NCBI GenBank assembly: GCA_963696115.1
Contig: CAVOIT010000006.1
Location: forward strand, 180 to 64,179
DNA from: an uncultured Actinomycetota bacterium
GTDB lineage: Bacteria > Actinomycetota > Actinomycetes > Actinomycetales > Microbacteriaceae
Length of the DNA stretch: 64,000 nucleotides
Direction of reading: 5' to 3'
The notes under the pieces are model-generated. The model was not told the origin of the DNA and searched no databases. It saw only the letters and a list, made by a program, of their open reading frames with translations. This document shows, piece after piece, positions 1 to 11,510 of this stretch (position 1 is the stretch's first letter; every line of letters starts with the position of its first letter). A program made the position numbers and the translations under genes.

Positions 1-765
1 TGCACATCGGTGCCGAGTCCCACCCGTGGCATCCGGGCCGGAGCCTCCAGCCCCGCGGTCACGCGCGGGGACCCGCTGCCCACCAGCATCCGCGCCCGTT
101 CCAGATCGTTACGGGTCGTGATCTTGAACGCGTCGGGGTCGCCCTCGACGGCGAGGACCCGATGGCCGGCGGCAGCCACGACCGCTGCATCATCGGTGTG
201 GTCGGCATCCGCCAGCGCGTACGCCGCCTCGAGCACGTCTCGTCGGAAGCCCTGCGGGGTTTGTGCGGCGGCCAGATCCGCCCGATCCACCGCGCCGAGG
301 ATCCGCCCGTCGCCGAGTCGTTTCATGCTGTCGACCACCGGCAGGACCGGGACGACGGCCGGTCCCGGGTCTCGCACGGCCTCGATGACCCGGTCGAAGA
401 CGGACGGCGGGGTCAGCGCGCGGGCGGCATCGTGCACCAGCACGATCTCGATATCCGGCCCACAGGGCGTCCAGCCCTTTGCGCACGGATTCGTGGCGCG
501 TGATTCCCCCGGTCACGACCACCCCGAGATCCCGACGGGATCCTGCCGCCTCCATCAGATCTGTCGCAGCCTCGCCCTCATGGCCGGCGGGCGCGACGAC
601 GACGACCTGCGCGGGCTGCGCGCCGAAGACGCGGTCGAGGCAGTGCCGCAGCACGGTGTGCTCATCGATCCCGACCAGTGCCTTGGGAGCACCGGCACCG
701 AGTCGGTTGCCGGAACCGGCCGCCACGACGATGATCGCCACCCGCGGAACCGCAGTCGGGGTCAT
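1..765 (-). CDS. ispD: 2-C-methyl-D-erythritol 4-phosphate cytidylyltransferase, probably a bifunctional IspD/IspF; runs off the window edge; apparent frameshift near 460
   Basis: N-terminus IIVVAAGSGNRLGAGAPKAL; the alternative frame continues VLVHDAARALTP...AQTPQGF...TDDA...FKITT, then RVGLGTDV (IspF-like start). Lies downstream of carD as in other actinobacteria. Confidence 0.85.
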
Positions 766-778
766 CGCCGGACCCGAG

Positions 779-1261
779 TCAGCTCGCAAGAACCTCTTCG
801 AGGAGGATGCTGGCGCGCTCCTCGTCGGTCTTCTCCGCCAGCGCGAGCTCGGAGACCAGGATCTGCTTCGCCTTGGCCAGCATCCGCTTCTCGCCCGCCG
901 ACAGACCGCGGTCCTGATCGCGCCGCCACAGGTCGCGAACCACCTCGCTGACCTTGATGACGTCGCCGGAGGCGAGCTTCTCGAGGTTGGCCTTGTAGCG
1001 CCGAGACCAGTTCGTGGGCTCCTCGGTGAAGGGCGCCCGCAGCACCTCGAACACCCGCTCGAGCCCATCGCGACCGATGACGTCACGCACGCCGACGAGG
1101 TCGACGTTGTCCGCCGGAACCTCGATGATCAGGTCACCCTGCGTCACATTGAGTTTGAGGTACTTCTTCGCCTCGCCCTTGATGACGCGTTCTTTGACCT
1201 CGATGATCGTTGCCGCCCCGTGATGCGGATAGACGACGGTTTCGCCAACCTCGAAAAGCAT
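779..1261 (-). CDS. carD: CarD family RNA-polymerase-binding transcription factor
   Basis: [17 protein letters not shown]...[17 protein letters not shown]...LSAGEKRML is the typical CarD sequence. Confidence 0.97.
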   Translation of the reverse strand: MLFEVGETVVYPHHGAATIIEVKERVIKGEAKKYLKLNVTQGDLIIEVPADNVDLVGVRDVIGRDGLERVFEVLRAPFTEEPTNWSRRYKANLEKLASGDVIKVSEVVRDLWRRDQDRGLSAGEKRMLAKAKQILVSELALAEKTDEERASILLEEVLAS

Positions 1262-1425
1262 GGAGTTGAGTCCTTTCGGCAGAGTCAAGAATACCACACG
1301 GCGCATACGCTAGAGTTCGCTCCGCCACCCGAGGGACGTCCGCGGGACGTCCCTCGGCGGTCCTCGGCAGGCGGTTCCGACCCCCTAGAATGCAAGGAAG
1401 CCCGTCTGGCACCAGGGGAGGAACC

Positions 1426-1911
1426 GTGAAATCGCGCCTGATCGCGACCGTGGCACTGGGGGCGGCCCTCGCCCTCGGAACGACCGGATGCGGCATGCTG
1501 GTGCCGCAGGGCACCACGGTGCAGTACTCCCCCGCGGACGGGATGAGCGTGCCCGTGACCAGCGGTCCGATCCAGGTGCGCAACGTGCTGATCGTGGCGA
1601 CCGAGGATGGCTCGGAAGGGAACCTGGTCGCTGCCCTGGTGAACCCGACGGATGCACCGCACGTGCTCAGCATGGAGGTGGGGGAAGGCGCCGGCGCGAC
1701 CGCCCTGGAGGTGCGCGTGCCCGCTCACGGCAGCATCAGCATCGGTGGCTCCGGCGAACAGGGCGTCGACCCGATCCTCGTCGAGCGCCTGGACACCCTG
1801 CCCGGGGCCACCATTCCGGTCTACTTCCAGTCCGGCGACGGCGAAGGCGCCCGTGTGGACGTGCCCGTGCTGGACGGCAGCCTGGACTATCTCGCCGACC
1901 TCGTGCCCTGA
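1426..1911 (+). CDS. Putative lipoprotein (LpqE-like position, divergent from carD)
   Basis: GTG start after GGGGAGG; signal peptide with lipobox-like LGTTGC; TAGAAT -10 at 1386-1391. Confidence 0.7.
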   Translation: MKSRLIATVALGAALALGTTGCGMLVPQGTTVQYSPADGMSVPVTSGPIQVRNVLIVATEDGSEGNLVAALVNPTDAPHVLSMEVGEGAGATALEVRVPAHGSISIGGSGEQGVDPILVERLDTLPGATIPVYFQSGDGEGARVDVPVLDGSLDYLADLVP

Positions 1912-1941
1912 GCGGGGAGCCCTCACGCCCCGAAGACGACC

Positions 1942-2625
1942 TCACCCCTCGAATCGGTAGCCGAGGCCGCGCACCGTCACCAGCATCACAGGATTACCCG
2001 GTTCCTTCTCGATGCGGGACCGGATCCGTTTGATGTGAACGTCCAGGGTCTTCGTGTCGCCGAAGTAGTCGGTACCCCACACGCGGTCGATGAGCTGGCC
2101 ACGCGTGAGCACCCTGCCCTCGTTGCGCATCAGCACCTCGAGCAGCTCGAACTCCTTGAGGGGCATCGCGATTGCCGTGCCGTCCACGGTGACGGTGTGG
2201 CGATCGATGTCAAGGCTCACTCGGCCTCCGGTGAGGATCCGGTCCTCCAGGTCCGTCTGGTTCTGCGTGGAGCGGCGCAGCACAGCCCGGATGCGGGCGA
2301 GCAGCTCGCGCGCGGAGTACGGCTTGGTGACGTAGTCATCCGCACCGAGTTCGAGGCCGACGACGATGTCCACCTCGCTGTCCTTGGCGGTCAGCATGAT
2401 CACCGGCACCGCCGACGCCGACCGCAGTTGCCGACAGACCTCCGTGCCGGGCATTCCCGGCAGCATCAGGTCCAGCAGGACGATGTCGGCCCCCTCTTCC
2501 CGGAATGACGAGAGCGCCGCCGGGCCGTCCTCGGCGACGGTCGCCTCGTATCCTTCCCGGCGCAGCAGGTACGCAAGCGGGTCGGCCAGGTCGGGCTCGT
2601 CCTCGACGATGAGCACTCGGGTCAT
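1942..2625 (-). CDS. regX3: OmpR-family response regulator, RegX3/PhoP-like
   Basis: Receiver domain DLMLPG..KPYS plus wHTH DRVWGTDYFGDTKTLDVHIKRIR; next to a sensor kinase and phoU. Confidence 0.92.
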   Translation of the reverse strand: MTRVLIVEDEPDLADPLAYLLRREGYEATVAEDGPAALSSFREEGADIVLLDLMLPGMPGTEVCRQLRSASAVPVIMLTAKDSEVDIVVGLELGADDYVTKPYSARELLARIRAVLRRSTQNQTDLEDRILTGGRVSLDIDRHTVTVDGTAIAMPLKEFELLEVLMRNEGRVLTRGQLIDRVWGTDYFGDTKTLDVHIKRIRSRIEKEPGNPVMLVTVRGLGYRFEG

Positions 2626-3828
2626 GGTGCGGACCTCCTCGGGGTCTCGGCGGGCGTGACGCGCGACCGCAGGGCGCGGCGACGGGGTCGGGCCGGGATC
2701 TCTGACGCGGGCGCCAGTGGCAGGTGCACGGTGAACGTGGACCCCCGGCCCGGGCGCGACCAGAGCCGAACCTCGCCGCCGTGACGCTGGACGGCGTGCT
2801 TGACGATCGACAGCCCCAGCCCGGTTCCGCCGGTGCGACGAGAGCGCCCCTGGTCGGAGCGGTAGAAGCGCTCGAAGACCCGCTGCTGCTCGTCCTCCGC
2901 GATGCCGATGCCGCGGTCCGTGACGGCGATCTCCACGGCGGACCCGACCCGGGAGATCCCGATGCCGACGCTCGAACCGCGCGGCGAGTAAGCGATCGCG
3001 TTGGCGATCAGGTTGCCGACCGCCTCGCTGAGGATCTGCTGGTCCCCGCGCACCACCAGCCCGCGGTCCCCGCCGCGCACGAGCGTGACCCCGGCCGCAT
3101 CCGCCGCCGTGGCGTGCGCCTCGATCGCCGAAGCGACGACCGAGTCGATGGCGACGTCGTCGGTGACCGCGAGATCGTCGGCGCTCTGCAGCCGGGACAG
3201 GCTCATCACGCGGCTCGTGAGCGAGGCTAGACGCGCGGCCTCCGCGCTCAGGCGCCGGGCGAAGGCCCGCACCTGCTCCGGGTCCTCGGCCGCGGACTCG
3301 ATGGCCTCGGCGAGCAGGCTGACCGCGCCCACGGGGGTTTTCAACTCGTGGCTGGTGTTCGCCACGAAGTCGCGGCGCATCTGCTCCACCCGCTCCTGCT
3401 CCGTGATGTCTCGGATGACCACCAGCACGAGCGGCGAGGAGAGGCGGGTGCCGCGCACGGAGACGTGGCGCTGGTCGGTCGGCGTGGCTGCGCGTCGCAG
3501 CAGGATCGTCATGCTCGCCGGCATTCCGGACGAGCGCACGGTGCGGACCAGATCGCGAATCGCATCATCGGCGACGATCTCGCCCACGCGCAGCCCGAAA
3601 CCAGCCGCGGGCGGCGAAGCGGCCCGGACCGTGGCGGATCCGTCCACCACGACTGCGGCGTCCTCCATCGCCTCCAGAACGTCGCGGACACCGGCGGGAA
3701 CGTCGGACGAAGCCTGCCGCGCGGGACCGGTCCCGGACGATCACGGCGCCCAGCACGAGCCCGGTCACGCCCGCCCCGACCAGGGACCCGATCAGGAGTG
3801 CGAGCAGCGACAGCTGCGCCGTATCCAT
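2622..3828 (-). CDS. senX3: Sensor histidine kinase, SenX3/PhoR-like; apparent frameshift near 3716-3720
   Basis: H-box FVANTSHELKTP and GGTGLGLSIVKH G-box; the N-terminal TM segment (MDTAQLSLLALLIG...) is in another frame starting at 3828. Confidence 0.88.
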
Positions 3829-3899
3829 GGCACCAGCGTAGATCCCGGCCCGATAGGACCCTCGCCCGGCCCGACGGCTGCTGCGAGGACGTCGGTACT

Positions 3900-3932
3900 A
3901 TTCACTCCTGCGGCACCGTTCGTTCACATGAC
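3900..3932 (+). promoter_or_regulatory. PHO-box-like 11-nt direct repeat units upstream of phoU
   Basis: ATTCACTCCTG / CGGCACCGTTC / GTTCACATGAC in 11-nt register; resembles the Streptomyces GTTCACC PhoP repeat unit. Confidence 0.55.
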
Positions 3933-3984
3933 GCGGCGACAATCGCCGGAACATCATGGTGCGGCCAGGGAGGAAGGTGCGACC

Positions 3985-4641
3985 ATGCGAGAGCTGTTCC
4001 AGCAGACTCTGGACGACGTGCGACTGCGTCTGGTGGAGATCGCCGACCTGGTCGCCGAGGCGATCGAGAAGGCCACGCGCTCATTCGGGACCGGCGACGT
4101 CGCCCTCGCCGAAGAGGTGATCGACAACGATCAGGTGATCGACGACAAGGCCGTCGCCCTGGACGAGTTGGCGATCGACATCCTGGCGCGTCAGCAGCCG
4201 GTCGCGACCGATCTGCGCACCGTCGTGTCGGCGCTCCGGATCAGCGCATCCCTGGAGCGCATGGGCGACATCGCCGAGCACATCGCTCAGCTGACGCGGA
4301 TGCGCTTCCCCGAACGGGCGGTCCCGAAGGGGCTGAAGGGCACCTTCACCAAGATGGGTGAGATCGACGTGGACCTGGCGCGCAAGCTCACGGAGCTGCT
4401 GCGCACCCGGGACCTGCAGTTGGCGGAGGAGATCCGCAACGAGGACGACCGTCTGGACGAACTCCACGTCGCGGTCTTCGAGAAGGTGCTCAGCGACTCC
4501 TGGCAGGGCGAGACCGCCGCCACCGTCGACGCCACCCTCGCCAGCCGCTACCACGAGCGGTTCGGCGACCACGCGGTGTCGGTAGCGAAGAAGATCGTGT
4601 ACCTCGCCACAGGCGACTGGACACCGTACGGCGAGGGCTGA
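3985..4641 (+). CDS. phoU: Phosphate signalling protein PhoU
   Basis: MRELFQQTL...ARQQPVATDLR...ERMGD...ERFGDHAVSVA; GGAAGG RBS. Confidence 0.95.
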   Translation: MRELFQQTLDDVRLRLVEIADLVAEAIEKATRSFGTGDVALAEEVIDNDQVIDDKAVALDELAIDILARQQPVATDLRTVVSALRISASLERMGDIAEHIAQLTRMRFPERAVPKGLKGTFTKMGEIDVDLARKLTELLRTRDLQLAEEIRNEDDRLDELHVAVFEKVLSDSWQGETAATVDATLASRYHERFGDHAVSVAKKIVYLATGDWTPYGEG

Positions 4642-4642
4642 T

Positions 4643-4658
4643 CCCGTCGGCCGACGGG
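4643..4658. terminator. Palindromic hairpin between convergent phoU and gpmA
   Basis: CCCGTCGG/CCGACGGG perfect inverted repeat immediately after the phoU stop. Confidence 0.45.
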
Positions 4659-4660
4659 GT

Positions 4661-5407
4661 TCAGTGCGATCCCTGAGCGGCGACTGCGGCGGCGCCGGCC
4701 GCCGCGGCCTCCGGGTCGAGGTACTCGCCCGGGCCCCGCACGAGCAGGTCCGAGTCGAAGCGGTACACCAGCGGGATGCCGGTGGGCACGTTCACCTCCG
4801 CGATCTCCTCATCACCGATGCCCTCCAGATGCTTGACGAGCCCGCGCAGCGAATTGCCGTGCGCGGCGACGAGGATGGTGCGTCCGGGGAGCAGATCGGG
4901 CAGGATGGCGTCCTGCCAGTACGGCAGGAGCCGGTCGATCACGAGCCGCAGGGACTCAGTCCGCGGGATCTCGCCGTCGATGCGCGCGTAGCGCGGGTCG
5001 TCCGCCTGGCTGAACTCCGAGTCGTCGGGTAGCGGCGGCGGCGGCACGTCGAACGAGCGCCGCCAGGCCGCGAACTGCTCCGGACCGTATTCGGCGAGGG
5101 TCTGCGCCTTGTCCTTGCCCTGCAGGGCGCCGTAGTGGCGCTCGTTGAGCCGCCAGGATCGGCGCACCGGGATCCACAGCCGGTCGGCGGCGTCCAGCGC
5201 CAGGTTCGCGGTCTGGATGGCTCGGCTGAGCAGCGACGTGTGCACCACGTCGGGCAGCAGCCCCGCCGCACGCATCAGTTCGCCGGCGCGCGATGCCTCC
5301 GCCGCGCCGCGTGGCGTGAGGCGCACATCCACCCAGCCGGTGAACAGATTGCGCTCGTTCCAGTCGCTCTGCCCGTGCCGCAGCAGGATCAGGGTGGCCT
5401 CGCTCAT
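4661..5407 (-). CDS. gpmA: 2,3-bisphosphoglycerate-dependent phosphoglycerate mutase
   Basis: LRHGQSDWN...[11 protein letters not shown]...AHGNSLR motifs. Confidence 0.95.
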   Translation of the reverse strand: MSEATLILLRHGQSDWNERNLFTGWVDVRLTPRGAAEASRAGELMRAAGLLPDVVHTSLLSRAIQTANLALDAADRLWIPVRRSWRLNERHYGALQGKDKAQTLAEYGPEQFAAWRRSFDVPPPPLPDDSEFSQADDPRYARIDGEIPRTESLRLVIDRLLPYWQDAILPDLLPGRTILVAAHGNSLRGLVKHLEGIGDEEIAEVNVPTGIPLVYRFDSDLLVRGPGEYLDPEAAAAGAAAVAAQGSH

Positions 5408-5453
5408 GGCCGCCATGCTACCGGGACGATCCCCTCGGGCGACGCGTCACGCC

Positions 5454-6524
5454 TCAGCTGCGACCGGACAACCGCCGCATCCTCGGCACTGCAGCGGCGG
5501 CACCCGCATCCGGCGGAACGATCACCGCCGAGGATGCTGCCACGGGGCCGTCAGCGGTGGTGACCACGAGTCCGCCGTCGACGGGCGCGGAGCGCTTGAG
5601 CAGTGCCAATCCGATCGGTCCCTGCTCATAGTGCCGCACAGCCGACGTGACGCGCCCCACCACGACATCGTCCGAGCGCACCTCGTCGCCGCTCCGCGGG
5701 AGCCTCTCGTCACTGCCGTCCAGGTGCAGAGCCACCAGCCGCCGCGGCGGATGCCCCAGGTTGTGCACCTTCGCGACCGTCTCCTGACCCCGGTAGCAGC
5801 CCTTGGCGAGGTGGACGGCGGTGCGCAGCCAGTCGACCTCGTGCGGAAGGGTGCGCCCGTCCACCTCCGTCGCCCAGCGCGGCCGCCATGCGGCGACCCG
5901 CAGGGCCTCGGCGGCAACGGCGCCCGCCGGGCGGAGTTCCGCGGATCGCCCGTGCACCAGCTCGTCTCGCACCGCCCGAGGCACGATCATCTCGCTCCAG
6001 TCGCGGTCAGCCCCAGGGTGGCCCTCCGCCGCCGCGTACCCGACGGATCCCGCCCCCACCGCGGGCCATGGGTCGCGCCACACGCGCGGGTCGATGCCCC
6101 ACCCGGCGGCGGCGACGGTGACGGCGGCGCTCGCGCCGCCGAGAACGGCGTAGTCGGCACTCTCGCGCGGGTCCACGCGCAACCGGAACCGCATCCGCGT
6201 CAGCCACGTCAGGAGGCCGGACGCATCGGCCCGGTCCACGATCAACCACGTCGTCGCACCGTCGTCGAGGACGGCGGCGGCGTGCTCGACGTGGCCCTGC
6301 GGGTCGAGGATGAGCGTTTCGGTGGACGTGCCCGGCGCCAGCCCGGCGAGCGCTTGGCTGGAGATCGAGTCCAACCAGCTCAGCCGGTCCTCCCCCGACA
6401 CGGTCAGCACGGCCCGGTCGTCCAGGACCGCGACCGCGGCACCGGAGGCCAGATCGCGCTGCTCGGCGAACGGAGATCCCGAGTGCTGCATGACGCCGTC
6501 CACGAGGACGGCTTGGTCCGTCAT
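5454..6524 (-). CDS. YgfZ/GcvT-family folate-binding protein
   Basis: KGCYRGQETVAKVHNLG signature. Confidence 0.9.
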   Translation of the reverse strand: MTDQAVLVDGVMQHSGSPFAEQRDLASGAAVAVLDDRAVLTVSGEDRLSWLDSISSQALAGLAPGTSTETLILDPQGHVEHAAAVLDDGATTWLIVDRADASGLLTWLTRMRFRLRVDPRESADYAVLGGASAAVTVAAAGWGIDPRVWRDPWPAVGAGSVGYAAAEGHPGADRDWSEMIVPRAVRDELVHGRSAELRPAGAVAAEALRVAAWRPRWATEVDGRTLPHEVDWLRTAVHLAKGCYRGQETVAKVHNLGHPPRRLVALHLDGSDERLPRSGDEVRSDDVVVGRVTSAVRHYEQGPIGLALLKRSAPVDGGLVVTTADGPVAASSAVIVPPDAGAAAAVPRMRRLSGRS

Positions 6525-6534
6525 CGGGGCGCCG

Positions 6535-6648
6535 TCAGCGCTGGCCCCGGTACAGGTTGCGGATCACCACGCCCGCGACGACGACGATCGCGAGCGCGGC
6601 CAGACCCAGCAGCCCGACGAAGAACAATTCGAGCGCGACGAGATCCAT
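6535..6648 (-). CDS. 37-aa single-TM small protein (below the ORF-track cutoff)
   Basis: MDLVALELFFVGLLGLAALAIVVVAGVVIRNLYRGQR*; GGAG just upstream; hydrophobic core with basic tail. Confidence 0.7.
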   Translation of the reverse strand: MDLVALELFFVGLLGLAALAIVVVAGVVIRNLYRGQR

Positions 6649-6676
6649 GGCTCCATGGTAGCCGCACGGCCGCCGG

Positions 6677-6988
6677 TCAGATCGCTGTGAGAAGGTCAGC
6701 GAGCGCCGCGACCGCGCTGATAGCTCCGAGCAGCACCAGGGCGCCGATCCCGGTCAGCGCCATTCGGGCGATGAACCGTGGTGCGCCGCCGTACCGCAAC
6801 TGCGCTGCGAAGCCCGCCACGACCGCGGCCGCAAGGGTCACCCCCAGCCACGTGGCCTGGTCACCCGCAGGCAGCAGCAGCACCACCGTGGCGCCGGCGA
6901 CAACCGTGCCGATCCACACCGCGACCACGGGACCGAGCGGCCGATGCGGCACCAGTTCCGGTTCGTTCACGCTGCCATTGTCGCCCAT
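6677..6988 (-). CDS. Hypothetical membrane protein (about 3 TM)
   Basis: Hydrophobic 103-aa ORF filling the gap; start uncertain. Confidence 0.65.
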   Translation of the reverse strand: MGDNGSVNEPELVPHRPLGPVVAVWIGTVVAGATVVLLLPAGDQATWLGVTLAAAVVAGFAAQLRYGGAPRFIARMALTGIGALVLLGAISAVAALADLLTAI

Positions 6989-7086
6989 GCGGGAGCCGGC
7001 GGGGACTCGGGCGGGGCGGTCGGCGCGAGCTCCGTCGCGACTGCGCCTAGGATATGGGCGATGGCGACCCGGTTCAGGGGGATGTG

Positions 7087-7785
7087 TTGGCGCAGCTTCT
7101 GGTACTGAGTTCCGCGCCCGGCGGCGCGCCCGTGCTGGCCGCGCTCGAACTGCTCAGCCACCGGGTCCGACAGATCCCCGCCGAGCCGGCACAGTTGGTG
7201 AACGCGCCGCAGGCGGACGTGGTCTTCGTCGACGGACGGGAGGACCTGGTCGGAGCGAAGTCGTTGTGCAAGATCCTCACCACCACGGGGTTGGAGGCAC
7301 CGCTCATCCTGGTGGTCACCGAGGGGGGTCTGACCGCCGTGTCCACAGACTGGGGCGTGGACGACGTGGTGCTCACCAGCGCCGGACCGGCGGAGGTGGA
7401 CGCCCGCATCCGACTCGCGATCGGACGGCTCGCGAAGGACCAGGTCTCCAGCCGCATCCAGACCTCCGGCATCACCATCGACGAGTCGTCCTATTCGGCC
7501 AAGGTGCGCGGCCAGCCGCTGGACCTGACGTACAAGGAGTTCCAGCTGCTGCACTTCTTCGCCACCCACCCGTCCCGGGTGTTCACGCGCGAGCAGCTGC
7601 TGAGCGAGGTGTGGGGGTACGACTACTTCGGCGGGACACGCACCGTGGACGTGCACGTGCGGCGATTGCGGGCAAAGCTGGGCGACCTGGAGCAGCTGAT
7701 CGGTACCGTGCGCAACGTCGGGTACCGCTTCAACGTGTACGAGGACGACCAGGTGCCGGCACCGCGGACGCGGCCCGGGGGCTGA
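7087..7785 (+). CDS. glnR: Orphan OmpR-family regulator, GlnR-like
   Basis: Atypical receiver; [11 protein letters not shown]...[39 protein letters not shown] is characteristic of GlnR. Confidence 0.8.
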   Translation: MAQLLVLSSAPGGAPVLAALELLSHRVRQIPAEPAQLVNAPQADVVFVDGREDLVGAKSLCKILTTTGLEAPLILVVTEGGLTAVSTDWGVDDVVLTSAGPAEVDARIRLAIGRLAKDQVSSRIQTSGITIDESSYSAKVRGQPLDLTYKEFQLLHFFATHPSRVFTREQLLSEVWGYDYFGGTRTVDVHVRRLRAKLGDLEQLIGTVRNVGYRFNVYEDDQVPAPRTRPGG

Positions 7786-7813
7786 CCGGCCGTTCATCCG
7801 CCCGTCACTCCGG
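7781..7813 (+). promoter_or_regulatory. PHO-box-like repeats upstream of ppk1
   Basis: GCTGACCGGCC / GTTCATCCGCC / CGTCACTCCGG in 11-nt register just before the GTG start at 7831. Confidence 0.5.
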
Positions 7814-7830
7814 GCTGCGATGATGAAGGG

Positions 7831-9999
7831 GTGATCGGACAGGACGTGCTCGACGCCGGGCTCGGCGACGCCGATGACGACGATTTCGACCTGCCTGCTG
7901 CTGCCTCCGACCCCGAACTGCCCGACGACCGGTACATCGACCGGGAAGTGAGCTGGCTCGCGTTCAACCAGCGCGTACTGGAACTGGCCGAGGACCCGCG
8001 CCTGCCGATCCTGGAACGCGCGAACTTCCTGGCCATTTTCGGCAGCAACCTCGACGAGTTCTTCATGGTCCGCGTCGCGGGACTGAAGCGCCGCATCCTG
8101 ACCGGTCTGGCGGTGCCGACCAATACCGGCCGGGCGCCGCAGGACGTGCTCGCCGATATCTCGGCAGCCGCGCACCGTCTGCAGCGCAGGCACGCCGATG
8201 CCTGGCAGCAGCGGGTCAAGCCCGCGCTGGCGGACGCCGGCATCCACGTGCTGGCCTGGCGCGATCTGGACGAGGCCGACCGCACCCGCCTGTACGAGTA
8301 CTTCCAGGCACACGTGTTCCCGGTGCTCATGCCGTTGGCAGTCGACCCCGCGCACCCGTTCCCGTACATCTCCGGCCTGTCCCTGAACCTCGCGATCCGG
8401 ATCCGGAACGCTCGCAGCGGGCGCCAGGAGTTCGCACGCCTGAAGGTGCCGACCATGCTGCCCCGGTTCGTCGAGGTCTCCCGCGACGGCGATGTCGTGC
8501 GCTACCTGGCACTGGAGGACCTGATCGCGAACAACCTGGGCGACCTGTTCCCCGGGATGGAGGTCCTGGATCATCACGCGTTCCGCCTCACGCGGAACGA
8601 AGACGTCGTCATCGAGGAGGACGAGACCGAGAACCTCATCCAGGTGCTCGAGGCGGAGTTGCTGCGGCGCCGCTTCGGACCGCCGATCCGGCTGGAGATC
8701 ACGGATGACATGGACGATGTCACGCTGGACCTGCTCATCAAGGAACTGGACATCACCGAACAGGAGGTGTACCGGCTGCCCGGGCCGCTCGATCTGCGCG
8801 GCCTGTTCGACCTGGCGCGGATCGACCGCCCTGAACTGAGGTACCCGCCACACGTGCCCACCACGGCGGTCGCCTTCCAGCCGGGGGACTCCACCGAGAA
8901 GACGGACATCTTCGCGGCGATCCGCAAAGGCGACGTGCTCGTGCATCATCCGTACGAGTCGTTCGCCACGAGCGTGCAGGCGTTCCTGGAGCAGGCCGCG
9001 CAGGATCCGCACGTGCTCGCAATCAAGCAAACCCTGTACCGCACGTCCGGTGACAGTCCCATCGTGCAGGCGCTCATCGACGCGGCCGAGGCCGGCAAGC
9101 AGGTGCTGGCACTCGTGGAGGTCAAGGCCCGCTTCGACGAGGCCAACAACATCGTCTGGGCGCGCAAGCTCGAGAAGGCCGGCGTGCACGTGGTCTACGG
9201 GCTGGTGGGACTGAAGACGCACTGCAAGCTCGCGCTCGTGATCCGCGAGGAGAACGCCGTGCTCCGCAGCTACAGCCACGTCGGCACCGGGAACTACAAC
9301 CCGAAGACGAGTCGCATGTACGAGGATTTCGGCCTGTTCACCGCCGACGACGAGGTCGGCCGGGACCTGACCCGGCTGTTCAACGAGTTGAGCGGCTACG
9401 CCATCGAGAAGAAGTTCAAGCGGCTGCTGGTGGCTCCGCGCCATCTGCGCCGCGGCCTCATCCGGCTGATCGAGGCCGAGCGGCGCGTGGCGCTGGCCGG
9501 CCGCGCGGCGAGCGTGCGCATCAAAGTCAACTCGATGGTCGACGAGCAGATCATCGACGCCCTGTACCGGGCGAGCCAGGCCGGGGTGCACGTGGATGTC
9601 TGGGTGCGCGGCATCTGCAGCATCCGGCCGGGGGTGCCCGGCCTCAGCGACAACATCACCGTGCGCTCCATCCTCGGCCGCTATCTCGAGCATTCCCGCA
9701 TCTTCGCGTTCCACAACGACGGCGACCCGATCGCGTACATCGGCAGCGCGGACATGATGCACCGCAACCTCGACCGCCGAGTGGAAGCCCTGGTGCGGCT
9801 GGCGTCTTCGCGGCACGTCGCCGAACTGCAGGAGCTGTTCTCGCTCGCGATGGCCGACTCGACCAGTTCCTGGTGGCTGGACGCCTCCGGGACGTGGACC
9901 CGTCACCACCTCGCCGAGGACGGCTCGGACCTCACCGACCTGCACGAAGCAACGATGGCCGCGGTCCAGCGGCGTCGACGCACGCGAGCGGTTCGATGA
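7831..9999 (+). CDS. ppk1: Polyphosphate kinase 1
   Basis: [55 protein letters not shown] motifs. Confidence 0.97.
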   Translation: MIGQDVLDAGLGDADDDDFDLPAAASDPELPDDRYIDREVSWLAFNQRVLELAEDPRLPILERANFLAIFGSNLDEFFMVRVAGLKRRILTGLAVPTNTGRAPQDVLADISAAAHRLQRRHADAWQQRVKPALADAGIHVLAWRDLDEADRTRLYEYFQAHVFPVLMPLAVDPAHPFPYISGLSLNLAIRIRNARSGRQEFARLKVPTMLPRFVEVSRDGDVVRYLALEDLIANNLGDLFPGMEVLDHHAFRLTRNEDVVIEEDETENLIQVLEAELLRRRFGPPIRLEITDDMDDVTLDLLIKELDITEQEVYRLPGPLDLRGLFDLARIDRPELRYPPHVPTTAVAFQPGDSTEKTDIFAAIRKGDVLVHHPYESFATSVQAFLEQAAQDPHVLAIKQTLYRTSGDSPIVQALIDAAEAGKQVLALVEVKARFDEANNIVWARKLEKAGVHVVYGLVGLKTHCKLALVIREENAVLRSYSHVGTGNYNPKTSRMYEDFGLFTADDEVGRDLTRLFNELSGYAIEKKFKRLLVAPRHLRRGLIRLIEAERRVALAGRAASVRIKVNSMVDEQIIDALYRASQAGVHVDVWVRGICSIRPGVPGLSDNITVRSILGRYLEHSRIFAFHNDGDPIAYIGSADMMHRNLDRRVEALVRLASSRHVAELQELFSLAMADSTSSWWLDASGTWTRHHLAEDGSDLTDLHEATMAAVQRRRRTRAVR

Positions 10000-10934
10000 C
10001 GGACGCCGCCGTCTACGCCGCCGGCGGCGTGGTCTGGAGGATGGTCGACGGCAAATTGCGCATCCTGCTGATTCATCGCACCCGTTACCGGGACGTCACC
10101 CTCCCCAAGGGCAAGGTGGAGCCAGGCGAGTCCCTGGTGCAGACCGCGGTGCGGGAGATCTTCGAGGAGACCGGCCTCCGCGTCGACCTGGGGCTGCCCG
10201 TGGGTGTCTCGCGCTACCGGCTGCCGCGAGGGATCGACAAGGTCGTACATTATTGGGCGGCCGAAGCCGATGAGTTCGCCGTCCGCGCCTGCGCGTTCGT
10301 CCCCAACGGGGAGGTCGCCGCGATCGAATGGGTGAGCCCGAAGCGGGCACTCGCGACGCTGAGCTACCCGGTCGACATCGAGATCCTCGAGACGTTCCTC
10401 GCGTTCGTCGACGACGGCGTGCTGGAGACGTTCCCCCTCGTCGTGCTGCGTCACGGGAAGGCGGTCCCGCGCAGCCGGTGGGAGGGCTCGGATGCGGCAC
10501 GCCCGTTGACCCCACGGGGCGTTCGTCAGGCGCACGCGGTCGTGGAACCGCTGCGCTGCTACGGGGTGAGACGGATCGTCTCCAGTGACGCGGTCCGCTG
10601 CGTCGCCACCGTTTCGCCGCTGGCGGCGGCGCTGGATAGGCCCATCCGGCAGACCCACGACCTGAGTCAGGATGCCTGGGAGCAGGGCACCGCCGATGTG
10701 CGCGCGGTGGTGGGCAAGCGCGTGCGCGCCGGGAAGCCGGCCGTCCTGTGCAGCCACGGTCCGGTGCTGCCGACCATGCTGGACGAGATCGCGCTGGCGA
10801 CGGGCACCGTGAAGGGCTCCTACCTGTCCCGTGCCGCCGACCTGGACGTCGGCGGGTTCTCCGTGGCCCACCTGTCCCGCACCAACCCCGGTTCGGGGAT
10901 CGCGGCGATCGAGACGCACCCCCCGGCGGCATGA
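9996..10934 (+). CDS. NUDIX hydrolase with C-terminal histidine-phosphatase domain (MutT1-like)
   Basis: Nudix box [24 protein letters not shown] plus LRHGKA; ATGA overlap with ppk1. Confidence 0.88.
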   Translation: MTDAAVYAAGGVVWRMVDGKLRILLIHRTRYRDVTLPKGKVEPGESLVQTAVREIFEETGLRVDLGLPVGVSRYRLPRGIDKVVHYWAAEADEFAVRACAFVPNGEVAAIEWVSPKRALATLSYPVDIEILETFLAFVDDGVLETFPLVVLRHGKAVPRSRWEGSDAARPLTPRGVRQAHAVVEPLRCYGVRRIVSSDAVRCVATVSPLAAALDRPIRQTHDLSQDAWEQGTADVRAVVGKRVRAGKPAVLCSHGPVLPTMLDEIALATGTVKGSYLSRAADLDVGGFSVAHLSRTNPGSGIAAIETHPPAA

Positions 10935-11510
10935 CCGCCGAGGACGCCCGTCGGCGCCACGGGTCCCCGGCGGGAGCATGGCGGGTCGCCTGGCGCCGGT
11001 ACGACCACCACGAAGGGCGGCGGCGGGCCGCGTGGGGACTGCTCGCGGATCTCGCCGGTGACGGCGCGGTGATATCCAACCCATGCCCGCGCTGCGGCGG
11101 CCCGCACGGACCCGGTGACGCTCACCGGCGTTCCCTTGGTGGCAGCGGTCTCGTACGCCGCGGGCTACGCGGTCGTCGCGCTCGCCGACTCCGGCCGGTT
11201 CCGCGCGGTAGGCGTGGACGCCGCCGCCGATCCTTCGGCGACAGGGGCGACACCGGACCTCGCCGGCGTGCTGCGGGGTGGTGCGGGAATGCGCGAGTGG
11301 GTGCGCGTGGAGGCCGCCCTGAAGGCGGACGGGCGCGGATTGCGGGTGGACCCGGGACGGGTGAGCATTCGCGGCGGCAGGCGGCGGTGGCGAGCGCAGG
11401 TCCCGGGCCGAACGGACCAGGTGCGGGGCATGGATATCGACGGCCCGGCCGGGGTGCTGGTGAGCCTCGCTCTCATCGAGCGAGCCGGCTCATCCCGGCA
11501 ACGGCGGTAG
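10931..11510 (+). CDS. Sfp-like 4'-phosphopantetheinyl transferase; apparent +1 indel near 11112
   Basis: CPRCGGPHGP, then (shifted frame) VGVDA...EWVRVEAALKADGRGL (WxxxEAxxK); ATGA overlap with the NUDIX gene. Confidence 0.7.
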
